Assembly (NCBI GenBank): GCA_951406725.2
Contig: OX597841.1
Coordinates: 14,322,001 to 14,386,000, forward strand
DNA: 64,000 nt
Source of the DNA: Octopus vulgaris
Lineage: Eukaryota
Reading direction: 5' to 3'
Made by a program: the position numbers and the translations under genes. Below are positions 38,430 through 51,845 of this stretch, piece after piece. Under the pieces are notes generated by a model that was not told where the DNA came from, searched no databases, and saw only the letters and a list, made by a program, of their open reading frames with translations. The first letter of the stretch is position 1. Each line of letters opens with the position of its first letter.

Positions 38430-39521
38430 GCCTGCAAAGTTCAGAGAGCTCTTACCTCTGCTAGTGACAAAGGGCCTCTCGCTCAGAGTAAAAGGTAGAC
38501 TGTATGACACATGTGTACGAACAGCCATGCTACATGGCAGTGAAACATGGGCCGTGACTGCTGAGGACATGCGTAAGCTCGCAAGGAATGAAGCCAGTAT
38601 GCTCCGATGGATGTGTAATGTCAGTGTGCATACTCGACAGAGTGTAAGTACCTTGAGAGAAAAGTTGGACCTAAGAAGCATCAGATGTGGTGTGCAAGAG
38701 AGACGACTGCGCTGGTATGGTCATGTGGCGAGAATGGATGAAGATAGCTGTGTGAAAAAGTGCCACACCCTAGCAGTTGAGGGAACCCGTGGAAGAGGTA
38801 GACCCAGGAAGACCTGGGATGAGGTGGTGAAGCATGATCTTCAAACATGGGTGGGCCTCACTGAGGCAATGACTAGTGACTGGGACCTTTGGAAATATGC
38901 TGGGCTTAAAAGATTCAGTAAGCGCAAGTGAGACCATAATCTTGTGGCCTATGCCAGGGGTGTAACCAGTCCACTTATGCGTACCTTTCCTTTATTGGAC
39001 ACTAAACTCTGCTTGCGAAGACCTGTTGAGGCAAGTGAAATCGAAGTCAAAATCAAATTCGATGACTGGCCTCTGTGCTAGTGGAGCGCTAAGAGAACCA
39101 TACGAGTGAGATCGTTGCCAGAGCAACAAGCTGGCCTCTGAGCCGATGGCACGTTAAAAATACCATTCGAGCGTGATCATTACCAGCGTCGCGTTACTGG
39201 CACTTGTGCTGGTGGCACGTGAAAAAACATTCGAGCGAGGTCATTGCCAGTGCCGCTGGACTGGCTCCTGTGCAGATGGCACATTAAAAGCACCATTTGA
39301 GTGTGGCAGTTGCCAGTACCGCCTGACTGGCCCTCGTGCTGGTGGCACGTAAAAGCACCCACTACACTCTCGGAGTGGTTGGCATTAGGAAGGGCATCCA
39401 GCTGTAGAAACTCTGCCAGATCAGATTGGAGCCTGGTGCAGCCTCCTGGTTCGCCAGTCCTCAGTCAAATCATCCAACCCATGCTAGCACGGAAAGTGGA
39501 TGTTAAATGATGATGATGATG
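38430..39521 (+). mobile_element. 5'-truncated RTE-clade LINE: RT-ORF C-terminus (38430-38931), 3'UTR and (GAT)n tail
   Basis: KGRLYDTCVRTAMLHGSETW...MLRWMC...RRLRWYGHVARM...RGRGRPRKTW are characteristic RTE C-terminal motifs. Confidence 0.92.
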
Positions 39522-40754
39522 ATATATATATATGTATATGGATATATATATATATATATATATATATGCATGTATATATATATGAATTCCGTCTCACCAA
39601 ATCCACTCACATGGCTTTGGTCGGCCTGTGGCTATAGTAGAAGACATGAAGACATTTGCCCAAGGTGCCACACAGTGGGACTGAACCTGGAACCATGTTG
39701 ATGGGAAGCAAACTTCTTACCACACAGCCATCTCTGTACCTGATGTGTGTGTGTGTGCACGCGTGTATATGGGTGTGTGATTGTGTATGTCTATATACAC
39801 ACATATACATGTATACCTATATGTATATATGTATATATATATATCTATACACACACACACACACACGCATGAATATCACCTTCAAGTGATTCTGTTCTGT
39901 CTGAGAATGATATCGATAAAAGGCAGTCTGTCTGTCTGTCTGTCTGTCTGTCTGCCTGTCTGTCCGTCAGCCTGTCTGTTCGCCTGTCTGGCTGTCTGTG
40001 CGTCTGTCTGACACGCAGCCCATTTAGAGGTTGTGCTGACATTGTAATCCTATCCACCTGTAGACATTCCTGAATTCTCTCATGTCTACTCACCTGTACC
40101 TAGCTTTCTACAACTATATTTATACGCGCATATACATAGATATATATATACACATATATATACGTATACATGCATACATATATAGATAAATATATATATA
40201 CATATACATATATAGATACATATTCATATACATATATATCTGATGTATACATAGATATGCATATAGATAGATATATATATCTATATATCTATCTATCTAT
40301 CTATCTATCTATAAATATATATATATATATATATATATCATATACATAAAATGGGACAAGAACACAAAACATCCAGACAGTTAGAAGATACAAAAAAAGG
40401 GACAATTAAAAACAAGGACGGGTCATTCGAAGGTTTCTTTCCTCAGTTGAGTTCCAGATTATCTTTGCGATTTCAGCTGGTTATACTCGAGGTTGCTCCA
40501 ATCTGGCCAGCCCCAATGAAAAACTAAGCTAAGAGCATTAGGTTCCTTGGAAGAAAGCAGCGAATGTATACGAAAACAAGGACAGAGAAAAAACAGAGAA
40601 ATGGTACACAAATACAAATGCAAATAAGGGGACATCCACAACAGGTGTCTTTCGACTAAGGACGAATTAAATTAAGCTGGCTGAAACCTCCTCTAATATG
40701 TAGAATTTGGTGAACGAAAGTGTGTGATGTTGTTGCCCTCACTTGTAATGGAAA

Positions 40755-41131
40755 CACTCCGTCGGTTACGACGACGAGGGTTCCGGTTGATCTGAATCAA
40801 CGGAACAGCCTGCTCGTGAAATTAACGTGTAAGTGGCTGAGCACTCCACAGACACGTGTACCCTTAATGTAGTTCTCGGGATATTCAGCGTGACACAGAG
40901 AGTGACAAGGCCGGCCCATTGAAATACAGGTACAACAGAAACAGGAAGTAAGAGTGAGAGAAAGTTGTGGTGAAAGAGTACAGCAGGGATCACCACCATC
41001 CCCTGCCGGAGCCTCGTGGAGCTTTATGTGTTTTCGCTCAATAAACACTCACAACGCCCGGTCTGGGAATCAAAACTGCGATCCTATGACCGCGAGTCCG
41101 CTGCCCTAACCACTGGGCCATTGTGCCTCCA
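40755..41131 (-). mobile_element. SINE family C, full length
   Basis: Reverse complement of 32899-33278; cactcacttgtaat at the right flank matches ctcacttgtaat at the left flank (TSD-like). Confidence 0.88.
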
Positions 41132-41140
41132 CTCACTTGT

Positions 41141-41420
41141 AATAGAACCCGAGTGGATAGAAGACACTATTCGCCGGGGTCTGGGTGGCAGCCGAGCCAA
41201 GCTCCTCAACGTCAAACTTTTGGCTGTGGCTGATTGGGTGGGGTCAAAAGCAGTTTTGACCCTGTGGACCCAATCAGCCAAGAATCTGGTGTTTCCAGAT
41301 TTTCTTAAAATGACCAGTTCTAGGTATCCGGTGATTCTCGAGGGACGCCTCCCCACCAAGTGTCACCTGTGCCTGGAACTGGGCCATATTAAGAAGAGCT
41401 GCTCCCAGGACCAAAGTAGG
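41141..41420 (+). pseudogene. ORF1/gag-like zinc-knuckle fragment of an L1/Tx1-type LINE
   Basis: PVILEGRLPTKCHLCLELGHIKKSC contains CX2CX4HX4C. Confidence 0.7.
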
Positions 41421-42140
41421 GTTCTGGAGCGGTTAATAAAAGTAGCACCATCAAACTATCATCTATTATCTGTCCTCCAACAGGAAAAATCACTTGGCTG
41501 GGAACCAGTCTCACAGAGATGTTGACATCATGTCTGTTGTTTGATGCCATTTTTGAGCAATAAGGTGAAAGCTTCTTCACCAATAAGATCCAAGCGCTGC
41601 AAGATGGAAGAAGTGTGTGGACCGCAAGAGGGGGGACTATGTTGGAAAAGAAACCTCATTTGGTCAGATTCCACGACAGTATCTAGGTCAGCCTATGGAC
41701 TTTCCAGCTGACCATCATATCTGCTGTTGATGACTTTTTTGACCATCAGGATGGAGGCTTATTCCCCAATGTATCCAGGCATGCTACATCGATGGAAAAA
41801 TGTGTGACTGCAAACTATGCTGAAAATAAACATTTGGCAAGCCGAGTGAGATTGTAGCTGTGGCCTATGGCAAGTGTCGTATAACCGGTCCATTTAAGAG
41901 TACCCTTCAATTGTCGGGCAATATGCTGTGTTTGAGAAACCTGCTGAATCAAGGGAAATCATTGTCATGGCCGATGCCAGTGCAGGAGAAGGAGAGAGAG
42001 AGAGTGGGAGACAGCAGGATGGAGATGGTGGCAAAATGCCAGGCATACTAACAAGGGACAGGGATTAGAATATAAAGGGAGAGATATAGATGGTGGCAAC
42101 TGATAGGGCTTACCCTTGTGGTTTGAATACATAGCTTGTT

Positions 42141-43612
42141 CCAACCATGACCATCCCATCTTTTATTCGTTCAGACATAGTATATCTAGGACTACATTAT
42201 CTATTGTGTCCTTGTTTGTTGCAGTTATTGTTTAGCCCCAGGTCAGTCCTGATCTAGTAGACCTATAATCAAAGATGCTCCAACCATGACCATCCCATCT
42301 TTTATTCATTCAGACATAGTGTATCTAGGATTACATTATCTAATGTGTCCTTGTTTGTTGCAGTTATTGTTTAGCCCCAGGTCAGTCCTGATCCTGTAGA
42401 CCTATAATCAAAGATGTTCCAACCATGACCATCCCATCTTTTATTCATTCAGGCATAGTGTATCTAGGATTACATTATCTAATATGTCGTTTTTTATTCA
42501 TATTTAGCCACAGGTCAGTCGTAATCCAACACATCTATGATCAAAGTGATTCCAACCATGACGCTCACTCACTGCTTTCCCTACTGCAATCTATGCAATC
42601 CGCTCACAATAACATCTATTCCATGCCTGTTCTAGCTTCTATCAAGCATGTCAAGCAACCACATGTGGTCAATGCTGCATCAAGTGGCCACACGTTGTGA
42701 GTAAAGTGTGCAGCGGTTAATAAAACTGCACTGACCCCACCCCCCAATGCACGGCGCCTTTCAGTGAGGAAGCTGATATGTGACTCGACCCGTTAGAAAT
42801 AGCAGCCAAACAACCACCGAATTGCACCACAATCATGTAGATGTGGATTGCATAGATTGGAGTGAGTGTCATGGTTGGAATCACTTTGATCATAGGTGTG
42901 TTGGATTACGACTGACCTGTGGCTAAATATGAATAAAAAATGACATCCTAGATACACCCTGAATGAATAAAAGATGGGATGGTCATGGTTGGAACATCTT
43001 TGATTATAGGTCTACAGGATCAGGACTGACCTGGGGCTAAACAATAACTACAACAAACAAGGACACATTAGATAATGTAGTCCTAGATACACTATGTCTG
43101 GATAAAAGATGGGATGGTCATGGTTGGAGCATCTTTGATTATAGGTCTACAAGATCAGGACTGACCTGGGGCTAAACAATAACTACAACAAACAAGGACA
43201 CATTAGATAATGTACTCCTAGATACACTACGTCTGGATAAAAGATGGGATGGTCATGGTTGGAGCATCTTTGATTATATGCTGGAGCACCCCAATGAGTT
43301 TTTATAAAGTGCATTATTTATTATCTATTTGCGAATGTATTAGTGACAGGTCATAATCCAACACATCTATGATCAAGTGATTCCAACCATGACGCTCACT
43401 CACTGCTTTCCCTACTGCAATCTATGCAATCCGCTCACAATAACATCTATTCCATGCCTGTTCTAGCTTCTATTTCAAGCATGTCAAGCAACCACATGTG
43501 GCTTCCTTCATTGACTCATGCTGCATCATGTAGGAAATGGAGGAGCAGTGGCTGACATGACCCACTGACCACGTTGTGAGTAAAGTGTGCAGCGGTTAAT
43601 AAAACTGCACTT
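42141..43612. repeat. ~140-bp tandem units in direct-inverted-direct arrangement
   Basis: 42141-42600 is inverted at 42845-43278; 42510-42732 is repeated directly at 43347-43612. Confidence 0.88.
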
Positions 43613-44155
43613 GACATTAATGTACTTACCACACACCCCACCACACACAACCACAACAAAAACACACACACAAACAAACAAAACAAAAAAAAAGACACAC
43701 ACACAAAAACCCCCCACAATACACAATAAACACAACAGAATCACACACACACAAACAAAACAAAAACAAAAAACAACCAACACACACCACACAAAAAAAA
43801 AAGAAAACAAAACACCCACACAACCCACAACAAAACACAACAAACAAACAACACCCAACAGCCAACACATATTTTTCTATAAATATTATATCAATATATT
43901 ATTATATAATACAACAAAAATATATAAGAATATAATACACCACACACAAAAAAAAAGAAACACCATCAAACAAAACAAAAAACAAGAAAGAAACACACCA
44001 CACCACTGCCACTGCCACCACCACCACCACCACCACCACCACCACCACCACCACCACCACCACCACCACCACCACCACCACCACCACCACCACCACCACC
44101 CACCACCAAAAACCACAAGAAAAAAAGAACAAAACACACACCACAACAACAAAAA

Positions 44156-44375
<220 letters not shown>

Positions 44376-44394
44376 CATATATATATATAATTTA

Positions 44395-44453
<59 letters not shown>

Positions 44454-44919
44454 GCATGTATGTGTGTGTATGTATATTTGTCCCCCCACCCCACTGCTTG
44501 ACAACCGATGGTGGTATGCTTACATTCCTGTAACTTAGCGGTTCAGCAAAAGAGCCCAATAAAACAAATACTAGGCTTACAAAGAATAAGTACTGGGGTT
44601 GATTGGTTCGACTAAAAAGGCAGTGCTCCAGCATGGCTGCAGTCAAATGACTGAAACAAATAAAAGAATAAAAGAATATATATATATATATATAGGTGCA
44701 AGGATGGGTGTGTGTGTGTGTGATAAGAAGCTTGCTTCATAACCACATGGTTGCAGGTTCTGTCCCATTGTGCGGTACTTTGAGCAAGTACTTTCTATTA
44801 TAGCCTAGGGTCAAACAATGCCTTGCAAGAGGATTTCATAGACAGAAACTGAAGGAAGCCTGTCATACACACACACACACACACACACACACATTTGGGT
44901 TTTCATACCATAAAAACCA

Positions 44920-45487
44920 AGATTGGTTTGAGGAAAATGACCTTTGAACTTTGGCCGCCTCAGAAGCAATGATTAGTGACCGAGACCTTTGACAATATGC
45001 TGTGACCGAGACCTTTGACAAGACTCGTCAAGCCAAGTGAAATCGTAGTTGTGGCAGGTGTTGGTGCCACGTAACTGGCTCCCATGCCAGTGGTACATAA
45101 AAAGCCCCTTTTGAGCATTGTGCTTCATGAAGGCAAAGTAGTTGAGCTCCTTTTGAGTGTTGGGCCTCGAGTAGAGGCAATGACCGAAACCTTTGGCATA
45201 ATATCGTGCTTGAGAAGAAGACCCATCAAGCTGAGGAAAATTTCAGTCGTGGCAGAAAACGGTGTCACACAAATGGTACCCATGCCAGTGACACACGTAA
45301 GAAAACCCATTACACTCTTGGAGGGGTTGGCATTAGGAAGGGCATCATCCAGCTTTAGAAAGCCATGCCAAATGAGAGTGGAACCTGGTACAGCCCACCC
45401 CAGCTTACAAGTTTTGAGTCCAACTGTCCAACCCATGCCAGCATGGACAATGGGCGTTAAATTATGATGATGATGATGATGATGATG
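44920..45487 (+). mobile_element. Older RTE LINE 3' fragment
   Basis: End of ORF (gaccgagacctttg) through the (GAT)n tail, diverged. Confidence 0.75.
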
Positions 45488-46162
45488 AAATCTGGCTGTT
45501 GTTTCTAGCAGATTGAGTGACAGTATCTGTGGTGGTGGTGGTGGTGGTGGTGTTGTAACATGTGGTGGAGGTCACCTCATTATGGCATCTATTTGAATTA
45601 GATAAGGGAAAACACAGGAAGTAGTGGGTGGTGGTGGTGGTGGTGGTGGTGATAGTGGTAGGACTTATGGCCTAGCGGTTGTCGTGATGGAGGTGGTGGT
45701 AGCGGCAGTGGTGGTAATGGAGATGGTATTGGTGGTGGTGGTGACGATGGTAGTGGTGGGGGTGGTTGTGCCCCCCCCCCCCCGATTGTTATTGTTGTTG
45801 TTGTGGTGGTGGTGGTGGTGGTGATGGTTATAGCAATGGTGGTGGTACTTGAAAGTGATATTAGAGCCGGCAGAGACAAGCGGAGATGAGAAGGGGGAGT
45901 GTGGACAGAAGGGAGGTGAGAGGAAGCGGAGTGCCAATGTACTGGGAGGAGAGGAAATGCGGAAACGTAGACCTTATCAGTAACATTTAATTCAATTTCC
46001 AGTTCATTGTTTAACCCCAGGTCACTTTGGGTCCTGCAGAGTGGTGATCAAAGGCAATCCACAAGTGACCATCATATCTATTCTATTCTTTTACTTGTTT
46101 CAGTGATTTGACTGTGGCCATGCTGGAGTACTTTCTTTAAGGGGTTTGGTAATGGAAGAAAT

Positions 46163-46386
46163 AGACCCCAGGACTTATTTTTTTGTAAGCTTAGTACTTA
46201 TTCTATTGGTCTCTTTTGCTGAACTGCTAAGTGACAGGAACGTCATGGGAGCTATGAAAAATATACAAAGCCCTGACCCCAGGACTTATTTTTTTTGTAA
46301 GCTTAGTACTTATTCTATTGGTCTCTTTTGCCGAACTGCTAAGTGACAGGAACGTCATGGGAGCTATGAAAAATATACAAAGCCCT
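46163..46386 (+). repeat. ~112-bp tandem duplication spanning a SINE break and its flank
   Basis: gaccccaggacttatt...aaatatacaaagccctg occurs twice. Confidence 0.9.
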
Positions 46387-46620
46387 GCAACACCACCGGA
46401 TCATTCTACACATCTGTGTAATTTTCCATGCAATTCCAACCAGCCGTTTGACCGTGAGTCCCAAGACTCGCCCATGTCATATTTATATGTATAGATTCGG
46501 TCAAAATGTGATTGATTTGTACTAGCAGATCAGCGCTAAGTGTCAGCACTAAGCAGTGTGTTATTTATATAAAACTACAGGCTTTATTAAGTTTGTCTAT
46601 AGTTGTCTCCCTTAGGTACA

Positions 46621-46665
46621 TCTCATTGATAAGGGTCAATAAACTCGAAACATCGATGTCTTGGA
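46621..46665 (+). ncRNA. Type-I hammerhead-like motif with U3-A8 compensated core
   Basis: tctca TTGATAA gggt caataa actc GAAA catcgatg TC ttgga; palindromic stem III; GUC site at 46658-60. Confidence 0.6.
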
Positions 46666-47239
46666 TTCCTAATAGATGGCGACACTGAATGAACAGGGTG
46701 TTATCACACCTGTCTACCACGAGAGATATTTACTCTCCATGATAACTGCATAATAGCAACGATATTAAACGATGACCAGCACAAACCGGTCGTGGCCGCC
46801 GCCAGCCTCCCCTGGAACGTAAAAAGTACCACTACACTCACGGAGTGGTTGGCGTTAGGAGGGGCATCCAGCTGTAGAAACACTGCCAGATCAGACTGGA
46901 GCCTGGTGCAGCCTCCTGGCTTCCCAGACCCCAGTTGAACCGTACAACCCGTGCTAGTACGGAAAACGGACATTAAATGATGATGATGATGATGAGAGAT
47001 CACAGCTCTGATACTATGGATATGTGGTAAGAATGTCCTAGGAAAGAATCACCCATTTAATCCTGGAAGGGATTAAGTGGGCAAAGAAGATGAGATAAAA
47101 AAGAAGTGCCAATACACCAGAGTGTGGCCTTGCTTCTACGATAGAAACCTCCTCTTTTTAACCTCTTGATATCAACGTACCTAAGACCACCCGTGGTTCT
47201 GATATAAACTTCCTGTTTTAAAGAGATCTGAATTAGATT

Positions 47240-47480
47240 TAATTTGCCAAAATATTTCCGTTGCTTTGAGACTGCGACCTGTTCACTTACAAAATTCTAC
47301 GAACAGGTCGCGGTCTCAAAGCGACAAAAATATTTTGGCAAATTAAATTTGAATGTTGAAGTAAATCTAACAATTTTTGTGTGTTTCTTAAATGGCTTAT
47401 AAACGTCCTTCCACGCTGCAAATTGTTTTCGTTCCAGCCCGCGATCTCAGATCAGGTCACTTGCTATGCAAGTACATCTC
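47240..47480. mobile_element. 241-bp insertion with a 48-bp hairpin end and 12-bp TSD, inside a decayed MITE-like sequence
   Basis: ctgaattagatt at 47228-39 and 47481-92; inverted repeat 47237-84 / 47301-48. Confidence 0.75.
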
Positions 47481-47698
47481 CTGAATTAGATTCTTTGGCA
47501 AAAATTTCTTGTTAATCTATGTTATGAAATCCAGCTTATTAATAACAAGAATCTTTATTATTATCGGAATTAATTAAGAGTGGTGAGCTGCCAGACTCGT
47601 TAGCACGCCGGGCGAAATGCTTATCGGTATTTCATCTGCCTTCACATTCTGAGTTCAAATTCCACTGAGGTAAACTTAGCCTTTTATCCTTTAGGGAG

Positions 47699-47762
<64 letters not shown>

Positions 47763-47771
47763 TACATATAT

Positions 47772-48183
47772 TACTCTTTACTCTTTTACTTGTTTCAGTC
47801 ATTTGACTGCGGCCATGCTGGAGCACCGCCTTTAGTCGACCAAATCGACCCCGGGACTTATTCTTTGTAAGCCCAGTACTTATTCTATTGGTCTCTTTTT
47901 GCTGAATCGCTAAGTGACGGGGACATAAACACACCAGCATCGGTTGTCCAGCAATGCTAGTGGGACAAACACAGACACACAAACACACACACGCATATAT
48001 ATATATATATACACATATATACGATGAGCTTCTTTCAGCTTCCGTCTACCAAATCCACTCTCAAGGCATTGGTCGGCCCGGGGCTATAGTAGAAGACACT
48101 TGCCGAAGGTGCCATGCAGTGGGACTGAACCCGGAACCATATGGTTGGTAAGCAAGCTACTTACAACACAGCCACTACTGCGC
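47772..48183 (-). mobile_element. SINE family A, full length
   Basis: Direct similarity. Confidence 0.92.
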
Positions 48184-48782
48184 ATATGTACTTATGTGTA
48201 TATATATATATATATGTGGTGGTGGTGATAGTGGTGGTGGTGGACATTGTCATTGTGGTAGTTCCGTCTGCTGTGACATTGTGGTGGCGGCGGCAGTGGA
48301 AGTGATGACGGTGGTAAAGTTGTTAATGGATTGAGTTACTGTAGCGGTGGAGGTGGTGGTGGTGGTGGTGGTGTGGGGGGAGGGCAGTGACATCGGAGGT
48401 GGCTCAGGTGCTCGCGGCGCTCGTGGCGGCGACTGCAGTGATGGCTGCGTTCTTTCTCATTAAAACGCAATGAGTCAGAGTGTAACCGGTGCAACACACT
48501 GACCGTTTTGGCTGGGGCTGGGGGGGCAGGGTTGTGGAGGCTGGTGTTACAGAGACAGACAGACAGACAGACAGATGGTGGCGGAGGGAAGAGAAGGAGA
48601 GAGAGAGAGACACTGATGGTTAGAGGGTGAACAAGAATTTCATTGAAATAAAATAGCAAAACTCAAGGGACTAAGATATATATATATATATATACATACA
48701 TACATATATATGTGTATATATATATGTGTATATATATATATATATGTATGTATACACATGTATACACACATACATACATACA

Positions 48783-48855
<73 letters not shown>

Positions 48856-48910
48856 TCATGCGTACATAATTATACACATGCACACATACGTATACATATA
48901 CATGTACATA

Positions 48911-48982
<72 letters not shown>

Positions 48983-49848
48983 ACACACATACATACAGAC
49001 TTATATATATATATTTATACATATACATATATGTGTATATATATATATATGTATATATATATATGTATATATATATATGTATATGTATATATATATATGT
49101 ATATATGTGTATATATATACACACACACATATATATACATATATATACTTATACATAAATATATATATATATACACATGCATGCATACATATACGCACCC
49201 ACACACACATACACACACGTGTGTGTGTATAGTTCATCCATGGTTGCTCACAATAACCAAGGACATCTCATAGGAGAGAAAGATGAGTGATGGGGGTGTC
49301 CAGCCGTGGTCAATCAGTCCAGTGTTGCTGGGAAGACTGTGTCATGGGTCATGCACTGGTGGTCAGCTGGGGGGGGGGAGCAAAGGTGAGGAGTTGCTAC
49401 TGGACTTGCGTTTTCTTTGTGCCCCTGCGAGGCTGTTCAGTTCGTAGGAAGTGGCACCTCCGTTTCTGGCCCTTCACCAGGCAGGGTGGTCTTGCGCTTG
49501 TGTCCCCCCCCCAGGGGTTGGTGTTGATCTCAATGATCTCTCCAGTGAGCGCTAACGTAGCTATAGTATGTGCTGCATGGGGCAGTCCTTCCATTTGTGA
49601 CCCCTGGACCCAACAAAAAAAAAACATATTGCCTACAGCAGACCCAAAAGTGGTGCCACTCAGGGCAGACCACCCCGTATGCCCCTCCACGCCTCACACA
49701 AGTGCCAGCTAGGCCTTGAGTGTAAAAGACAGTAAGGTTACCTTCATGATACACTTCAATATTTAAGAGACGAGGAACTCTGTACATTATTTACATTATT
49801 TACATTATTTACATTTGACGGATATTTGTCCTCATCTTGTTTGTTGTT

Positions 49849-49894
49849 AACACAACGTTTCGGCTGGTGTATTCTCCAGCCTCTTTCAGGTGTC
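49849..49894 (-). ncRNA. Minimal hammerhead-like motif in a Penelope-like 3' end (49750-49925)
   Basis: Minus strand reads gacac CTGAAAGA ggctgg agaataca ccagcc GAAA cg TT gtgtt; one extra core base. Confidence 0.55.
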
Positions 49895-50099
49895 TTGGGG
49901 AAATTTTGAACCTGGGTTCTCATTGCATATATATTCCTCACCTGAATGGGGTGCCAGTCTATCACAGGATGACTCGTTTTGGCAGCTGAGGAGACTGGAG
50001 TAATTTGAAATGAAGGGTTTTGTTCAAGAACACAAAACCCTGCTCCAGGAATTGAAACCGCAATCATATGATCATTAGTACAACACTTTAACCACTAAG

Positions 50100-50414
50100 T
50101 GTGGCTTAGTGGTTAGAGCATTCAACTGACGATTGTAAGGTCGTGAGTTCGATTCCCGGCTATGCGTTGTGTCCTTGAGCAAGACCCTTTATTTCATGGT
50201 GCTGCAGTCCACTCAGCTGGCAAAAATGAGTTGTACCTGTATTTCAAAGGGCCAGCCTTGTCACACTCTGTGTCACGCTGAATCTCCCTAACTACGTTAG
50301 GGGTACATGTGTCTGTGGAATACTCAGCCACTTGCACGTTAATTCCACGAGCAGGCTGTTCTGTTGATCGTATCAGCTGGGACCTTCATCGTTGTAACCG
50401 ATGGAGTGCTCCTA
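50100..50414 (+). mobile_element. tRNA-derived SINE (V-domain-like middle, family C 3' tail) inserted in an opposite-strand SINE
   Basis: A box tggcttagtgg, B box gttcgattcc, gtgtccttgagcaagac; TSD taaccactaag at 50089-99 and 50415-25. Confidence 0.85.
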
Positions 50415-51056
50415 TAACCACTAAGCCATGCCCCTCACACTTTACAAAATGTACTGGGGTCCTTTTACATGTTCCTTCAAAAAAGTAAAGATCCTTCTTG
50501 AGTGATGATGACTCATAAGGGCCAGTTTCTCAGTTTCATGGAGTATATATTGGCCCCTGGTTGGGATACCAGTCCCTCACAGAATTACTCATCTTTGCCA
50601 GCTGAAAGGACTGGAGCAATGTGGAATGAAGGGTCTTGCTCAAGAAAACAATGCATCACCCAGTCCAGGAACTGAAACCACAACCATGGAATCAAGAGTG
50701 CAACACCCCTAACCACTAAGCCATGCATCTCCATTAGGTTTTGAGTGTGACTTGGAAGCACTATCTACCTATCTCTCTCTCTATATATATATATGTAGAT
50801 ATATATATAATATATATATATATAGAGAGAGAGATATAGATATATAAATGCATAGACAGACGGATAGATAGAGAGAGAGAGAGACAGACAGACAGACAAA
50901 TAGAGAGAAAGATAACATTTGTCTATGTGTATAACTTTAAGTGAGCATACATATACACACACATATATGTGTGTGTTCATAAATATGTACGTGTTTGTGT
51001 TTGTGTTTGTATGCATATTTGTGTATTTACATGCGTAGATACACACATACACACAT

Positions 51057-51454
51057 CCGATCGTGGCCGTTGCCAGCCTCGCCCGGCCCCCGTGCCAGTG
51101 GCACGTAGCACCATCCATTCGTGGCCGTTGCCAGCCTTGCCTGGCCCTCGTGCCGGTGGCACATAAAACCTCCATTCGTTTGTGGCCGTTGCCAGCCTCG
51201 CCTGGCCCCCGTGCCTGTAGCACGTAAAAAGCACCGTCTGTCTGTGGCCATTTGCCAGCTCTGTCTGGCACCTGTGCGGGTGGCACTTTAAAAGCACCCA
51301 CTACACTTGTGGAGTGGTTGGCGTTAGGAAGGGCATCCAGCCGTAGAAACACTGCCAGATCAGACTGGGCCTGATGCAGCTTTCTGGCTTTACAGACCCC
51401 AGTTGAACCGTCCGACCCATGCTAGCATGGAAAGCGGACGCTAAATGATAATGA
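51057..51454 (+). mobile_element. RTE LINE 3' fragment flanked by an inverted duplication
   Basis: Matches 2701-3281; flanks 50835-51056 and 51481-51697 are reverse complements. Confidence 0.88.
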
Positions 51455-51702
51455 TATATATGTATATAAGTATAACTGTCTGTGTGTGTATGTGTGTATC
51501 TACGCATGTAAATACACAAATATGCATACAAACAGAAACACGTACATATTTATGAACACACACATATATGTGTGTGTATATGTATGCTCGCTTAAAGTTA
51601 TACACATAGACAAATGTTATCTTTCTCTCTATTTGTCTGTCTGTCTGTCTTCTCTCTCTCTATCTATCTGTCTGTCTATGTATTTATATATCTATCTATC
51701 TT

Positions 51703-51738
<36 letters not shown>

Positions 51739-51783
51739 TCAATCTATCTATTTATATATATATATGTGTGTGTGTGTGTGTGC

Positions 51784-51845
<62 letters not shown>

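Noticed and set aside
40400-40530. Ribozyme in the 30920/40345 repeat family (CTGAGGA/CTGAAGA and ccagc.gaaa on the minus strand)
   Set aside because: The core halves are not in the right order and spacing with supporting stems
43630-43990. K/T/H/Q-rich ORF 43587-44390
   Set aside because: Irregular A/C-rich sequence resembling error-prone reads of microsatellites
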